Shown: piece by piece, positions 1-14,233 of the stretch
Position numbering within the stretch: position 1 is the stretch's first letter
How the letters are laid out: the number at the start of each line of letters is the position of its first letter
NCBI GenBank assembly: GCA_012295275.1
Contig: CM022670.1
Coordinates: 12,896,001 to 12,960,000, forward strand
Direction of reading: 5' to 3'
DNA from: Chrysomallon squamiferum
Taxonomy: Eukaryota > Animalia > Mollusca
Length of the DNA: 64,000 nucleotides
Notes under the pieces: generated by a model
Seen by the model: the letters and a program-made list of their open reading frames with translations, nothing else
What the model was told of the DNA's origin: nothing
The model's database searches: none
Translations under genes and position numbers: made by a program

Positions 1-299
1 AAAATGTTCATGAAAGTGCCAAAAATACATCTTTATTTCATACAAGAGTTCAGCCTCATTTGTTACCACCATCTTACCAAAGTTCAGTATCTTCCTCCCA
101 AGCATCAAGAGGGTCAAGGTCATTTGATATGCCTTCTCCACCAATTCCTCACTCCCAGGAGGCCTCTACTAATCCCTGTGATAGGTGCAGGTGTGATTTC
201 TGTTGTCTATGTTCATCTAAGGCCACAAGACTTATGAAGAAAAGATACTGGAGCACACCTCAGTTTCGACTTAATGTTTGTATTGGGCTTAATGAGAAG
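1..299 (+). CDS. Candidate alternative N-terminal (or inter-CH) coding exon, Ser/Pro-rich with a Cys cluster; 5' end outside the window
   Basis: Frame open from nt 3 to 299 (NVHESAK...SPPIPHSQEASTNPCDRCRCDFCCLCSSK...GLNEK). It ends at AAG|GTAAGA, phase 0, matching the phase-0 CH2 acceptor at 12301. GC content is higher than in the following intron. Confidence 0.6.
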
Positions 300-1742
300 G
301 TAAGATCATAGTGTCCAGTTTCATTAAAGGTAGAGATATTTTCTTTATTTTCATACTTTTTTAAATTTGGTATAAAGAAATTATATTTATTGTGTGTTAT
401 TTTTTTACTCATTTATTAATTTCTTTCTTGTGCTTTGTGAAAAATCACTGTGATACTGAACTTCATATAACTCTGACCTAAAAGGTTGAGGTCATGAAAG
501 AATAAAATATTAATGTTAAAATAATGAGAATCTGCATGACAACTAAAGTCCACAAAAGAATATGTTGAGTTTATCGCAGATTTTACAGTCTTGGGCTCAA
601 CTTCATAAAACTAAGAAATAAATGTAGATTTATATTAAAAATAATTTTGTCATTTAAATCAGTTTCATTTAAAAATAATTATTAATTATTTATTTATTTA
701 ATTTTACTTTACTTAATCTTTAATGTATTGAAACCCTATTATATATATATATATTATGATCTGAATGAAAGGAAAAAAAATGTTTTTAATTGGCTTGTCC
801 ACTTAACACATTTGTAATCTTCTTTTATATTGTATCACAACCAAGGTTAATGTATGAACAAGTAATGGAAAAAAGTAACATGCTTTTGCCGTAAGATGGG
901 ATATACTTTATCATTAGTAGCACTATAAACACAGTTTTTGATAAACCACTGAAGCATTGGCAGTTATGAAAACAGAACAGATTAGTGGTAAAAGTTTCCA
1001 TCTGATACAAGTGCATTCTTCATCCAGTTTACATCAGGTATCATCCAAAGATTATGTTGAGAAATGTCTGACATCCAATAAACCTCAGCTTTATGAAATA
1101 ATAAAGCATAAAGTAATTTCACATACAACCATTAAAGCAGATTTAAAGCTAATAAAGAGATGCAAGTTTTAGTTTGTGCAGGTTAAGTTAGTTAAATGTC
1201 TGTTTAGACAGGTCAGTTTATACTTGTTCAGGTTCAGCTCCCCTGCTTCCTTTTGATACTGAAGTGCAGGTTGTGCCAAGGTACATACAGTCTGTTTAAA
1301 GCACAGCCAGCTTGTGTTTGTTTTCCTCATTCTACACAAATTATAACAACTTCATGTCTCATTTGCTTTGTGCACGCTGTATTGAGAGAGAAAACACAGA
1401 ATTTATTTTGTGAATTAACCCTTACAGTTCAATAAAAAAAACTTTTAATTTTTTTTTTATGATTTTTAAAGAAAGACATGACATCCTTTCTTGAAAGTGC
1501 ATTAAGTGGAGATTTAAAATTAATTACTAGTTGTATTTAGTTGTTTGCTTGTTTGTTTGTTTATTTATTTATGATCATTTTAATATTAGTCATTAAAAAA
1601 AATGTACTCTTATAAACTTAAATTGGCATGATTGAGTTGTCAGTCTGTCACTGTATTTGACCAGTAATTTATTCTTAAGTCAGTTCTTGTGTGTTTTATC
1701 TAAAGACAACTGGAATCAATCATTACTAACTATAATTACTTC

Positions 1743-1777
<35 letters not shown>

Positions 1778-2897
1778 CATTCTGTTAATTTTTCCTTGTT
1801 CAAAGAATATTTGGTGATGAAAACCATGCAAAATAATGAACATTAAATTAAATATTCTTATAAGTGTTGTGACATACTACTGTTATTACACACTTGACAG
1901 GGTGTTACTGTTGTAAGGATTAATTAACCTAGGAGCAGAACATTTTCTCACAGGAAGATGTTAACAGATCTCTCTGGTTTACTTCAGTAGCTGATTATAA
2001 GCTGTTGAGTCACTTTGGTAATAGACTTGTTAAACATGACAGATTTGATGGTACACAGAATGATTATGATGGATTTAACTGAGGAAAAGAGCTGTAGTCA
2101 TAATTATGGACAGAAAAAATCATTATTGTAATAACCTGGAATATGAAATTATTATTAGCCAAAATAATTTGTTTTTATTAGGGATAAAATAAATACATGA
2201 TGTTTTGAGGAATCTGTAATTTTATTATTCAGAAAACTTAAAACCATTTGTACATTATTAAATCCATTTTTCTTCCATTACAAACTGCAGAAAGCTGAAA
2301 GAAATAAGAAAAAAAAAAAAAAAAAAATAATAAAATAGAATGTAAAAGAAATAACAAAAAATATATATATCAGTCATTAGCTGCCCATATTTAAATGCCA
2401 AGAGCCAAATTGGTTGTAGAATCCAAGATGTACCCAGTAGTCTGTGAAAGACTGAGTTTTTCATATTACACCATGTTACACAAATGTTGAGATCACTCAT
2501 CTGATAGATCAGTTACATTGTTAAATGTCAGACAGACTTTGCACATATTGCCCACAGAGATGTGTTTATCACAATTACTCCATTGTTGGGTCTTCCTTCA
2601 AGCATTCCTCCCTGCTAATAGTGCACAGGTGTAGCTGGCTAGGCAACTGATACTTTGTAGTTTGGGAGATACTAATACACCTTCATGGGAATCATGTTGC
2701 TGTACTGTGTATGGATGATAATCAGAGGAAAAGAATATTCTTGAAATATTAATGACTGTTTATTGCTTTAGTTTTGGGCTGCTTATGTGGTATACAAATT
2801 CAATTGTTTTAGTGACTTGTCAATGTTTTTAAAGTGATATTATTTCCATGATATATATTACAGTATTTTGAAATGTATACAGCGTGCTTTGTGTGTG

Positions 2898-2899
<2 letters not shown>

Positions 2900-2965
<66 letters not shown>
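2900..2965. repeat. (GT)n microsatellite
   Basis: About 33 perfect GT units. Confidence 0.95.
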
Positions 2966-2966
<1 letters not shown>

Positions 2967-4309
2967 ATTTTTCAATTGTTGAAAAAAAGAAAAAAATAAT
3001 AAATTTGTGCAGTGGAATCCTGTTATAATACAGTAATTAAGATACAAGAAAATTAATTGCATAAAATGTTATAGCAACAATAAAAATTTCCAAGCCCTTT
3101 ATTTTACAGTAACATGTACATAATATTAGTGCTTCTCTTCTTGTGTTTGTCAGAATGTCTACATGGTTTTAAGAAACAAATTATAAATAATAGAACAGAA
3201 TCAAAAGCCAAGCACTTCAAGAAGATAAAATATAAACCACTCGGGCCTGTTTATTAAATCATGGTAGTTTTTATCAGTTTTATATTGTAACTGATAAACA
3301 GATACCAGAAAGGCAAAAATAAGCAGAAGAAAACAAATGCAAAGTTATTCAGATGAAGAAAATAAGAGATAAAGTAATAGTTATGCCTTGTGCTATGTTG
3401 GAATTCATGGTATAAGTGAATTACTGAAGAGCACATTATATCAGGGTTCCACTTATTTTGGAAAGCAGTTTCAAATTTAAATGTTTTACAACAAATTTGT
3501 TTAATTTCTTCTAATAATCATAATTTAATTTAATTTATTTACTTTTTTCCTTTTCCAAACTGCCAGGAGACCGAACAGGTGTAGTATTGCTCCATGAATC
3601 ATAAACATCATTAAGTTTAATTAATTTCCTTCTCCCAGGTATTAAAAATTCTTGCCCTTTTCCATAGTTACTGTTATTAAAAATGGGAATTAAAACATAT
3701 ATAATTTAGAAAAAATAGATTTCACCATTCCATTTAGATAAAGGAAAAGAATGCTACAACTGCTGCTAGTCATTATTATTATTTTTTATTTTTTATTATA
3801 TATATATATCTTTTTCTCCCCCAGTACATATTACATCAATTCTACATTATAATTTTGTATTCTTGGAGTATTTATTATGTACAGTTTTACTGTTTTTATT
3901 CTTAGCATGACTCATTCAATATTAATAATATTTTTATTCTGTGTTTGTAAGTGACCATCATTGCATGTGTTAATTTTCTTTGTACTTTTTCAAACAATCA
4001 AATATTAACACATACAGTTCAACAGTAGAATGAATAATATATGATGATTCCTTAGTTGATTGGTTTACTGGATATTGTACTTTCTGACTGTGAGAAGATG
4101 ATCCTCTTTAATCTTGTAAAAATATGATCTCTGAACAAATAAATAAAAAAAAAAATATATGAATAAGACATAAATTAAGATAATAATAATTATTATAAAA
4201 TTTAAAAAAAAAACAATCAAAAACAGAAACATCTTTTGAAAGTACCTTTTTATTAGATATATTATATAGATGACATACATTTATGAGAAGTGCAAATCAT
4301 AGCTCCTAA

Positions 4310-4312
<3 letters not shown>

Positions 4313-4359
<47 letters not shown>
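4313..4359. repeat. poly(T) tract
   Basis: About 47 consecutive T. Confidence 0.95.
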
Positions 4360-4361
<2 letters not shown>

Positions 4362-6000
4362 GTTTTTATCATCATTTGCTTGAATAGGTATAAAATTTTA
4401 AAACCATTCTGAATTCCAAAGAATTTGTACTTTTCTTAAGGAAACCTCTGTACTTCAACTTTGTTAAACACTTGGTATTTTAGTTGTAACTGTTGGCAGT
4501 CACGCTATGATTGCAAGATTAGATCCCAGATTGTAAAAAGAGGTGCCACCATAATGATAGAGTTTAAAGTTGAAAAGAGCTGAATAAAAAAAACAAATGA
4601 ATAAAATATTGGTCAGCCAAAAAAAATCAGAAGACATGCACCTGGTTTGCCACTCCATTCCAGATTTTGATGTAGACTTTAAAAAAGAAAACAACTTACT
4701 GAATATCATTGAAAGAGAATTCATAATTATCCTAGACTGATGTTGTTATGTGTAGTCACAAAATGAAATAAACTAAACAGAACATTATTCAGAAAAAGCA
4801 CTAAAGATATTTTGATTTTCTCTACCCATTCATAACAACACTTTATGAAAAATCTACATTTCAAGGTTGAACAAGTCCAAAAGGCTGGACCAAGCTCCCC
4901 ACCTTTAAAAGATCGTATTTCATCTCCATTCCACTTGACTCTGTTTAGATTTATCAGGTCTGGTATCAGCTTCAAGCTGCCAGGTATGAACATAAAAATA
5001 TTTATGTTTCAGCAGCCAGGCAATTTTTATTAAATAAAATACAATAAGTTAGCTTAATGCAAATATTAAATATTCAGATTTTATATGCCAGTCTATGAAC
5101 ATTGTGGAGCTATTAATCTTAACTGAAGCAAAAACAGATGCTCTTCCCATGACAGGCATACTTAAAAAAAAAAAATGTTCTAATGTAAATATACATGAAA
5201 AAAGAAAGGAAATTATCTATGCCTTTGCTATTTATATATGGTAGCAAGATAAAGATTGGTTTGGTTTGTAAGACAAAAACACATATGTATGCTTATCTAC
5301 TTTATGGAGGACAAGTTAAAAGCTTATATGGTTTATTGTTGCACTTAAAAATTTGGTGATGTGATTTTTCTGGTGCATTATTATATAATTATTTGTTGTA
5401 TGGTGGCACGATAGAAGCTTTAATATCAAATAAGCTTTTGTGGTTGTGTGATAGAAAACTACAGGACCATACTGATCAAAGATGACATATATACTACATT
5501 TTATGGTGTAGAGATTGAGCATTACAAATTTTGGTATTCATCTTTTATCTAAACAGCTGTAAATGTTTAGCTTCATTGTTTTGACATGTTGTTATGGAGG
5601 AAAGTCTAATTTTTAAATGCATGAAAGCATGTGCATTATTTCAAAACTGGCATTATTTCAAAACTTGCATGAACCAAACATTACAGTCCTCAAAATGTAT
5701 GTAAGAATCATTACTTGAGAACCATCCAGATCTTTAGAATATCTTGCCCATACTTTGTTCTCATTGAATAGTCAGCATATATGTCATCAGATGAATTTGC
5801 TTGCTATTATGTTTACAAGTAAAGCGCTGGTTGCAGTTTGATAAGCTTAGCAGTTTCAGTGATACAGACTATTAAAAGTTAATATATATTCTTAAAAGTT
5901 AATATATTTTCTTGAAAGTCAGTACAGTGAATGAGTGATAAAGGAGAATTAGGATTGATTTATGACAACTGAATTATGCTGTAAATAGTGTTATGTGTGT

Positions 6001-6061
6001 ATAATTTAGTCATTTTTAGTCATAATTTAGTCATTTATTAGTCATAATTTAGTCATTTATT
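6001..6061. repeat. Short tandem repeat, about 21-22 bp x 3
   Basis: ATAATTTAGTCATTT(A)TTAGTC unit repeated. Confidence 0.8.
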
Positions 6062-8054
6062 CTTTCATGTCACTGGCTTTGAATTTCAACTGGCAAATGA
6101 TCTGTTAGATGAACGTGTGACCTTTAACATTAATGTATTAAAGAGCTGTCATATGGTAAACAGCTTTATACTGACAAATATATATTTATCCCAGTATATA
6201 TGTACAACAGTATAAAATTCACACTGCCCATGAGTGATATGTAATATAACACTACTGGGATAGACCCATGAAAGATGATGGGCAGGGTTTTAGATAAACT
6301 GGTATTCATAGATTGCAGTAAAGTAAAGAAATAAGAATTATTGAGTTTTTAAGTGAATTACATACAACAGAACAAATAATAAATGCTACTTTGTAATACA
6401 GGAAAGCATTGACAGAAAAACAGTCTTTCTTAATATATCATCCAGTCCCTGGATCTATCCTTGGAAAGATGTTTTAGAAAAAAGAAAAACTAGAAAATAC
6501 CTGCAAAACATCAATAGTGTGAAAAGCAGGCTCTGGTTTCACAAATGAAAATAAACACCACCAATCAGAGATGTGATCTAAGGTGTGAAAGATATCTTTA
6601 GTAGTGAGGATCAGTGACTGTTTCACTATGGTACTAACATGATATCTCATGCCAACCCACTAAACACAATTCAGTATTTCACATTACTCAGGCAGGTTCA
6701 TCGGTACCTTACTATATTATCTGTTATCTCTGGATTCCTGCCAGTACATACATCTCTGAATGTTCATTCTGAATGATGCTTGCTTTTAGCCATGCTGAGT
6801 AAATAATGATGTTAATAATCATTATTTTAGTTTTTACTTTTTATTTTTTTATGATCATTACCATCATCATCACCTTCTTCATTTACCATATTCATCATTT
6901 ATGTTATGCTGTTAAACACTGATTAATTGAGGCATTTACTGATTCTTTTATTCATTAATTTTATGCTTTACATTTGACCAGCATCATTATACATTTAATT
7001 CTTAAATGTAAACATATTTAGATTTCCTACCCATGTGAAAAATGTATATGGATTCTTTCTTGACATGCAATACAGAAAGAAATATGAGTGTTTACGTTCC
7101 AGATGTTGATGCTCTAATGTTTTTAACCATTTAAAAAATTCTGAAAAATGCAAGTCATCAGAAAGCAGAAAGAATAAACCATATATCCAGTCTTAACAAA
7201 ATCTGAATATATACATTTGTATGTAAACAAAAACACTACACTGATCATTAAATTAAAAAATAACAATATGATAATAAAAAAATAAAATAAATAAAGTTGT
7301 GTTTGTGAGTATTGTGCATGAAGGCAACACAAGCATACACACAATGTTACAGAATATCTAAACACACATTATACATACACATTATTCAGTTAAACACAGC
7401 TAACATTTAAACCTCATATAACATGTGACATACTTCCTACTATCAGTTAAACATTGATATATGAAGGGCTGGAGACTCCCACAAGTCTGCTTTCCATCAA
7501 AACATTACAAAAGCCGGAAAGACTTGAACAATTTTTAGACAATGTGTGCTCTCCAAGCTATCATAGAGCTTATCTCTCTGTACAGTATCTGTTTGTATAG
7601 AACCTCTTTTGTGGATTATCCTGTTAATTTATTACTCTCATTGTTTAATCTACTGAAACTACTATACAGATATTTAACCTGTATATGAGACTTAATCTAT
7701 TCTACTACATATAGCATAGTGTGTAATAACTGAGCCTTCCAGTATTAAAGATATTGAACTTGTAGTGTGTAATATACTTGATAAGAGAAGAACTATCTGT
7801 CATACACGCAAGGATATTGTCAGCAGTATAATGACCTTAACACAAAACCCGCTGATCTGCTTCACTGAAGTTGGTTATGTTACGACTCATGGATAATTTA
7901 TTGTTTATTGACATAATGTTCCAGCCAAAGACTCAACATCTGTTTTAACCATTGTTTTTTTTTGGAACATTTTTAATTTTTTTTTTTATTTGGTTATTTT
8001 TATATTGTTTCAGAAAGCTATTTAAACAGTAGCAGAAAAATGCAAATTCATTTA

Positions 8055-8389
8055 TCAGCTATATACTTACTTTAATTAGGTCAGTGCGGTTTTCTTTTCT
8101 CGTACCTGCGACCAGTGGACACCTTGAAGTTTGATATGTGATGACGTATTTCTCAATGGTGTCCACAGACTTAAGTTGTTTTTTGTGACAGCCAATGTCG
8201 GCCATCTATTTCAATCTCACTTCGGAGATTTCTAAAAGTGCTGCAAAGCATGGTGTGATCAAACGGGGGATTGTTTGAACAAGGGGTGTAGGTGTTGGAA
8301 TGGCCTGAGGAGATAGCCGCTTTTACCTGTGGCATTTCATTGACCATTGATTACGTTTTGTTAGGAGGGAACAAAGAAATATTACAGAT
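8055..8389 (+). promoter_or_regulatory. Candidate internal promoter/5'UTR for the short first exon
   Basis: Nine CpGs in about 280 bp (8087-8355) within otherwise CpG-poor intron. TATATA at about 8060, Inr-like TCAGT at 8081 and CRE-like TGACGTA at about 8142. Lies directly upstream of the ATG at 8390. Confidence 0.5.
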
Positions 8390-8434
8390 ATGTTTAGATG
8401 TCTGGGGAAGAAAAAGAAAAAGAAGAAATCTGAG
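8390..8434 (+). CDS. Candidate alternative first coding exon MFRCLGKKKKKKKSE (Cys plus polybasic)
   Basis: ATG at 8390, 15 sense codons, then GAG|GTAATG donor in phase 0, compatible with the CH2 exon at 12301. Confidence 0.6.
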
Positions 8435-8657
8435 GTAATGAACTTTTACTGTAAATAGTCTTTGACATGAAAGACTTTTTTATTTTTTGCTGTTTGTTTT
8501 TACTTCTTTTTTTTTTTTTTTTTTGGAAGAAAGAAAAGAAGAATTTAAAATAAAACTGATAATAATAATAATAATTATAATAATAATAAAAATATTAAGT
8601 ACCTTTATCCAAAATACATCTATTTAACATTGGTGGGTTTTATTTTATTTATTTATT

Positions 8658-8664
<7 letters not shown>

Positions 8665-8726
<62 letters not shown>

Positions 8727-8749
8727 GTTAATATTGCTATTATTATAAC

Positions 8750-8843
<94 letters not shown>
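8665..8843. repeat. Compound (TTA)n/(CTA)n microsatellite
   Basis: Long TTA run that switches to CTA; source of the spurious poly-N/S ORF 8661..8879. Confidence 0.95.
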
Positions 8844-8844
<1 letters not shown>

Positions 8845-11800
8845 TAGATGGTTAAAGAAAGAAAAGAAAAACAACTCATTCATTTGTATATCCTTGAATT
8901 CATTTGTTCAAACAACACTTTATTTTTCTTTTGTGCTTCTCTGAAATTACTATCTGTAATCTTTAAGTATACACTTATTTGGCACAACAAATGAATATAT
9001 AGTCCTTTATAATAGCATTTCTAATTAAACTGACAAATTATTATTTTATGAATTTTATAATGGAATACAAAGATTATTTATGATTAACTTACATGTGAGC
9101 AGTCCTAACCTAGAAACAGACAAATTTTGACAACATGCTCTGATCAGCATTTATAATCTAGTTATGTAATGAAACATAAAACTGGTGACATTCTTATTGA
9201 TATACATTAATTCACAGGTCACTAGAAAGATAACAACTTTAACAGCTATTATTATGGGTAAAGAGATTAAATAGAATTTGTAACTGGTATGAATAAAAAA
9301 AATAACAATAATAACAGTAACAGTAATAATAAATATATAATGTAATAACAGTTAAAATATTAAAAATAATAATAAAATTGAGTTTTAAAAAAAGAAGCTA
9401 ATTTAAAATGCAAAAAACTCTGAATAATTTTTAATTCATTTAAATAAAATAAGATAAAAAAAAAACAGAAACATTTTAAACTGATTTCAAAGAATACATG
9501 TTAAATAATTGTTTTTAACTAAATGACTCGAGTCTGTCTGTCTGTCTAAGTTTGTATAACAAACGTGATTTGTTTGTCATTCTCATTACAAACTTTGTTC
9601 TCTCTGTATTGACACTGTGTTGGCTACACTGACATAACTGTCTTTATATACACTCAGTTTCCCAATTTCATGTGAGCTTGTCAGAAACAAAACACTGGCT
9701 ATGCAGCCATTACAGACAAACCTTAGTACTGATAGGATCTGAGATGACATCTTTGTACTGCTTCTTTTCAGAACTAACTATGGAAGCAGTAAACATTTAA
9801 CAGTACCTTCTTCTAAGAAATCAGTTGTACTATAATACCAATTTTGATTTGGGCAAATAAGCCAGGTTTATGTATATACATCCAAATAGATCTTTTTCCT
9901 TTTATTTGATTTGATTTGATTTGATTTTGTTTTATTTGATTTGATTTATTTTATTTATATTTCTTTTTCTTCTTTTTTCTTTTTTTTAAATATTTATTCA
10001 TGACAAAACAAGTAAGATATAGATCACATCTGAATGACTGGTTTAGTGATTCAAACAGAAACAATATGAGTCCAGGAGTAGTAGGAAATAAAATATTTTT
10101 AGTGGATGAGTGAATGTATGTACACATACAACAACAACACATGTAGACAAACACACACACATACAAAGACATGAACAAGTATATACATACTTTCATATAC
10201 TTCCTTTTTTATAAACAACATATCTCTTATTTGAATTGTCATAAAGTTATCATCTGGTTTTGAAATGCTAAGACTTTGACAATTATAAGTTCATCAGTGT
10301 TCACATCACATAGCATGCATGTCAAGTGAAGTGTCCTGTGTTTATACAGCAGTGTTTTACATAGCTTGATGTTTGTAGAGCTACCATTATGTCTACACTG
10401 TTCATTCCTAAAGAAATTAAACTTGTTTGGTGTGAACAAGTCTGCTTCATTATCTTATTTGTGGCATGGCATACCAGCTTGGCCTTATAATCAACTATGT
10501 CAGGCTATACAGCAGTTTGGGACATAGTATCTTTTTGATGTTATGTTCAGTGACAGTCTTGCATATACATACTTAAATCATGAACAAACCTATTATATAT
10601 CCTCATATCTGAGTTTGATACTGTTTTTTTTTTTTTTTTTTTGAATCAGCAAAATATCAAAATGTTACAAAACATGTTGCTGTTGTTGTTATTGAAATTG
10701 CATTATTTGAAATTAATTTTTGTAAAAGAGTCCCCTTATTTAAATTTTATTACATTAAACATTTTTTACATTAAAATTTATCATTTACGAAAGTTTTACA
10801 TTAAAATTTATTATATGAATTTGTTATATTTTTACACTATATATTTTTACATGATCTGGTTAATTACAATAACTACAAAAATTAAAGTAAATAAATAAAG
10901 AGCTGTACCCAGTGTAATAAATAATTCACATCACTTACAATGTACTTCACATTTTACAGGTAAATTTTTCATTTACAGTAATTTTTCTTTTCATATTTAT
11001 CCTGTTGCCAGTTATATTGGGTGCTTTTTAAAAGATTTATTTTTGAGCATAAAATATACATTTCTGGAATGCTCAGTTTAAGATGAAATCAAATTATTAT
11101 TTTTTACTTAAATTATATATTATTGCTTAAAACTACTCTTTAGTTTCATCATTTGTTTTCATCTTCTAATTATTATTAGTACTAATATTAATTTAAGTGC
11201 ATCTTGTTAAAATATTATTTATATATATATTTGATTTTCTTCAGTTTTAAACACCATTTATAATTTCATTAGTAGATATGTTCTGCAGTATATTTGTTTT
11301 TTACTTGTTTTATTTTTGTATTTGTTTAATTTTTTTTACCTGACATTTGAAAATTTTCATTTTTATTCATGTATCTGTTTTTTTCTGGTTTTTCTTTGTT
11401 TCAGTTTGTAACAATATACTGTAAATTACTTTCTTTGATCTCTGCAATTTTTATGAAAAACATAAATGACATTGTTTATGGATTTAAATTTTTGCACATG
11501 TCAGATGAGTTGATATTGTTGAAGAAATATTCTTTCTTTCCTTTTTTTCTTAAATATGTTTCTAAAATTCACACTAAATCTGCAAAATTCAATTTTTTTT
11601 TTTATTGTTCATGAAATTAAAGTATTTTACAGAAATCAGTTTTAAAAGTTTTAAATTCTGTTATGTATATGTTTTATGCAGGTCTTATTTTATTTAGTTG
11701 TTAAATATAAAATAATTGTTTTATACCTTATTCACAGTATTTGAAGATCTTGCCTGTTTAATTGTACATTTTACATGTATTTTATTTTATTTATCTTTTC

Positions 11801-12300
11801 TTTTTTATTTCTTTTTTTTTCTTGTTTTTTACAAATATTTTTAAATTATTACTGTATAATACATTTTTGCCTATTTCATTGTCATATCCTTGTCAAGTAT
11901 TTGCTAGTTTTGGTATCTTTTAATTTCTTGTTATTTAATTTGTTATTTAATGTATTTTTAAATAGAATCTAACAGAAATTTCAATGTAAAATATTTATAA
12001 TTCTGACAGTTGTTGTGTTTGTTTAGGCACTGTCTTTGTTTTACTGTTTAACCATTATATTTAATTGTTCAGTCTATTATAAAATTCAGTCTACTGTATT
12101 TAAGTTGAATTTACTAAATTTTAGTTTAATCTATTGTTGTTGTTTTATAAATTTAATCTATTAATGTTTTTAATTTTCAATACTGACTTTTTCTTTTATC
12201 TTGTTTTTTTTGTTTTTTTTTTTTTTATTGAGGAACTAGCATCTGTATTTGACAATTTAGTCAGTTGAATTTTCACAGTTGGCACTGTTGTATATTTCAG

Positions 12301-12464
12301 GTGTCTGATGTGGTGGTACCAGGACAACAGGACTTGACTGCTCGGGATGCCTTACTTCTGTGGAGCAGACGCACCGTGGAAGGCTTCCCTGGTGTCAACA
12401 TCAAAGATTTCTCCAGCAGCTGGAGGGATGGCAAAGCATTCCTAGCCATTGCACATCGTCACAG
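12301..12464 (+). CDS. MACF1: Spectraplakin exon, start of CH2 domain
   Basis: tttcag|[55 protein letters not shown]|gtac. Confidence 0.95.
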
Positions 12465-12921
12465 GTACAATCAGTTTGTAAACTCGATTCAAAATATTTA
12501 TTTTTGTAATGTGGGAAATTTTAAATGATCATTAATACATGTTTTAAAAGTTGAAATCCAGATAATATTCAAGTTCATGAGTTAACATCATGATATGATG
12601 AAACATGGATTGCTCTACAGACTTGTAAAATTTAAAAGCTCTTTTAAATGATTTTTTGATGATTTGAAGAGGTGTTTTAAGTAATTTTATTTACCATACA
12701 TTTTTATACTTTTTATTAGGTGAGAAATTGCAGAAATCTTCATTACAATGTAGATTTTAAGTTATTTTATTTAAAGATTATATATTATTGTCACACACTC
12801 TATAACAAGATTAAATTTGGTTTATTTTAACTATTATTTTTGACACATTATTTTTATAACAAGGTAGATTTTGAGTGTTTTTTAGTTAAGAAATTTCTAT
12901 CATAATTAAAATGCTTTGCAG

Positions 12922-13037
12922 ACCGGATCTTGTTGATGTCAGAAGAGCCAAACAGAGCAGCAACAAACAAAATCTAGAAACGGCTTTCAGACTTTATGAG
13001 CGAGAATTCGGAGTGACAAGATTGCTCGATCCAGAAG
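12922..13037 (+). CDS. MACF1: Spectraplakin exon, CH2 domain
   Basis: ttgcag|PDLVDVRRAKQSSNKQNLETAFRLYEREFGVTRLLDPE|gtac. Confidence 0.95.
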
Positions 13038-13713
13038 GTACAAAGACAGTTTCATTAATTTAAAAAAATTACAACTCACTTGTCTCTGTCTGAAATTACA
13101 GCCAGAACCAATCAGTAAGTCAGAATATTAAAGACTGTACTGTGTTGCATTGCTGTCTATATGAATGTACATGTAAAAGATTCCATGCTGTTAATGAGAA
13201 AATGCATACGGATTTTTTCTGAAAATGTCTACATCTGCAATACCAGCTATTTGATAATCAGAAACAGATGATTGAACATTATTTGTTTTTTAAGAGGTGT
13301 CACTAAGTGTAAACAAACAAAATATTACAAATATTTAATACATGTGACTGCATGTTTGCACATGTACAACAAAGAAGAAAAAAATACAGAAGAAAAGCAA
13401 AAATTAGGAAAACAGAAAAAAAAGTTAAAAAGATAAGAGAAGATACTGAAATGTTCAAACATCTTAAGGAATAAGATTTATGTTACATCTGCAACAATTT
13501 TCTAGAACATGGTTTTTATTTGATATTAGCATTGCACAACCTAATTTTATATGCATCTAAACGTTGTGCAAGATAATGTTATTCAATACACAATTTATAT
13601 TAGTTATATAACATAACGCCTATATCTGTCTACCTGTTATGCAACTTAATTATTTTTTTGTGAGCCCTAGAATTACAGAAGATATTTTATTACATGTATT
13701 TTCCTCTGTACAG

Positions 13714-13820
13714 ATATTGATGTGCATTCACCTGATGAGCGTTCTGTGATCACCTACGTGTCTTCTCTGTATGATGTCTTTCCTGAAGTTCCCACTGTAG
13801 AACAGTCGCTCAGGGACAAT
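13714..13820 (+). CDS. MACF1: Spectraplakin exon, end of CH2
   Basis: tacag|[36 protein letters not shown]|gtaag. Confidence 0.95.
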
Positions 13821-14113
13821 GTAAGAGTTTGTTCTTGTTATCATGACCTATCGTCATTATTTTGAATATAATTACATGCAAATGACTTTATCAAGAAAAT
13901 GTTAGATGATGGTTTTAACTTTGTGAAATTCTCATTTCAAAATCTTTAAAGAATTAATAATATAATCATAATAATAATTCATGGATTATGTCAGAAAATA
14001 ACTTAATGTTACCTTCCTATAATTTGTTAGATTCTTACATGATAATAATGAAAGAATACAAGATTTCTATCAAATGATTTCATTTGTTTTATTGCTTTTA
14101 AAAATAATTTTAG

Positions 14114-14233
14114 GAAAGACAACTGAAAACTGATGAGTACCAAGACTTGGCATCATCACTGTTGACATGGTTAGTGTCCACAATTGGCATGTTGGAACAA
14201 AGAGATTTTCCTGCCACACTCATAGAACTTAAG
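14114..14233 (+). CDS. MACF1: Spectraplakin exon, plakin domain
   Basis: ttag|ERQLKTDEYQDLASSLLTWLVSTIGMLEQRDFPATLIELK|gtatg, phase 0-0. Confidence 0.9.

Noticed and set aside
825-11972. Short intronic ORFs rich in F/I/L/Y/N
   Set aside because: Products of AT-rich, poly(T) and microsatellite sequence, with no splice or homology support.
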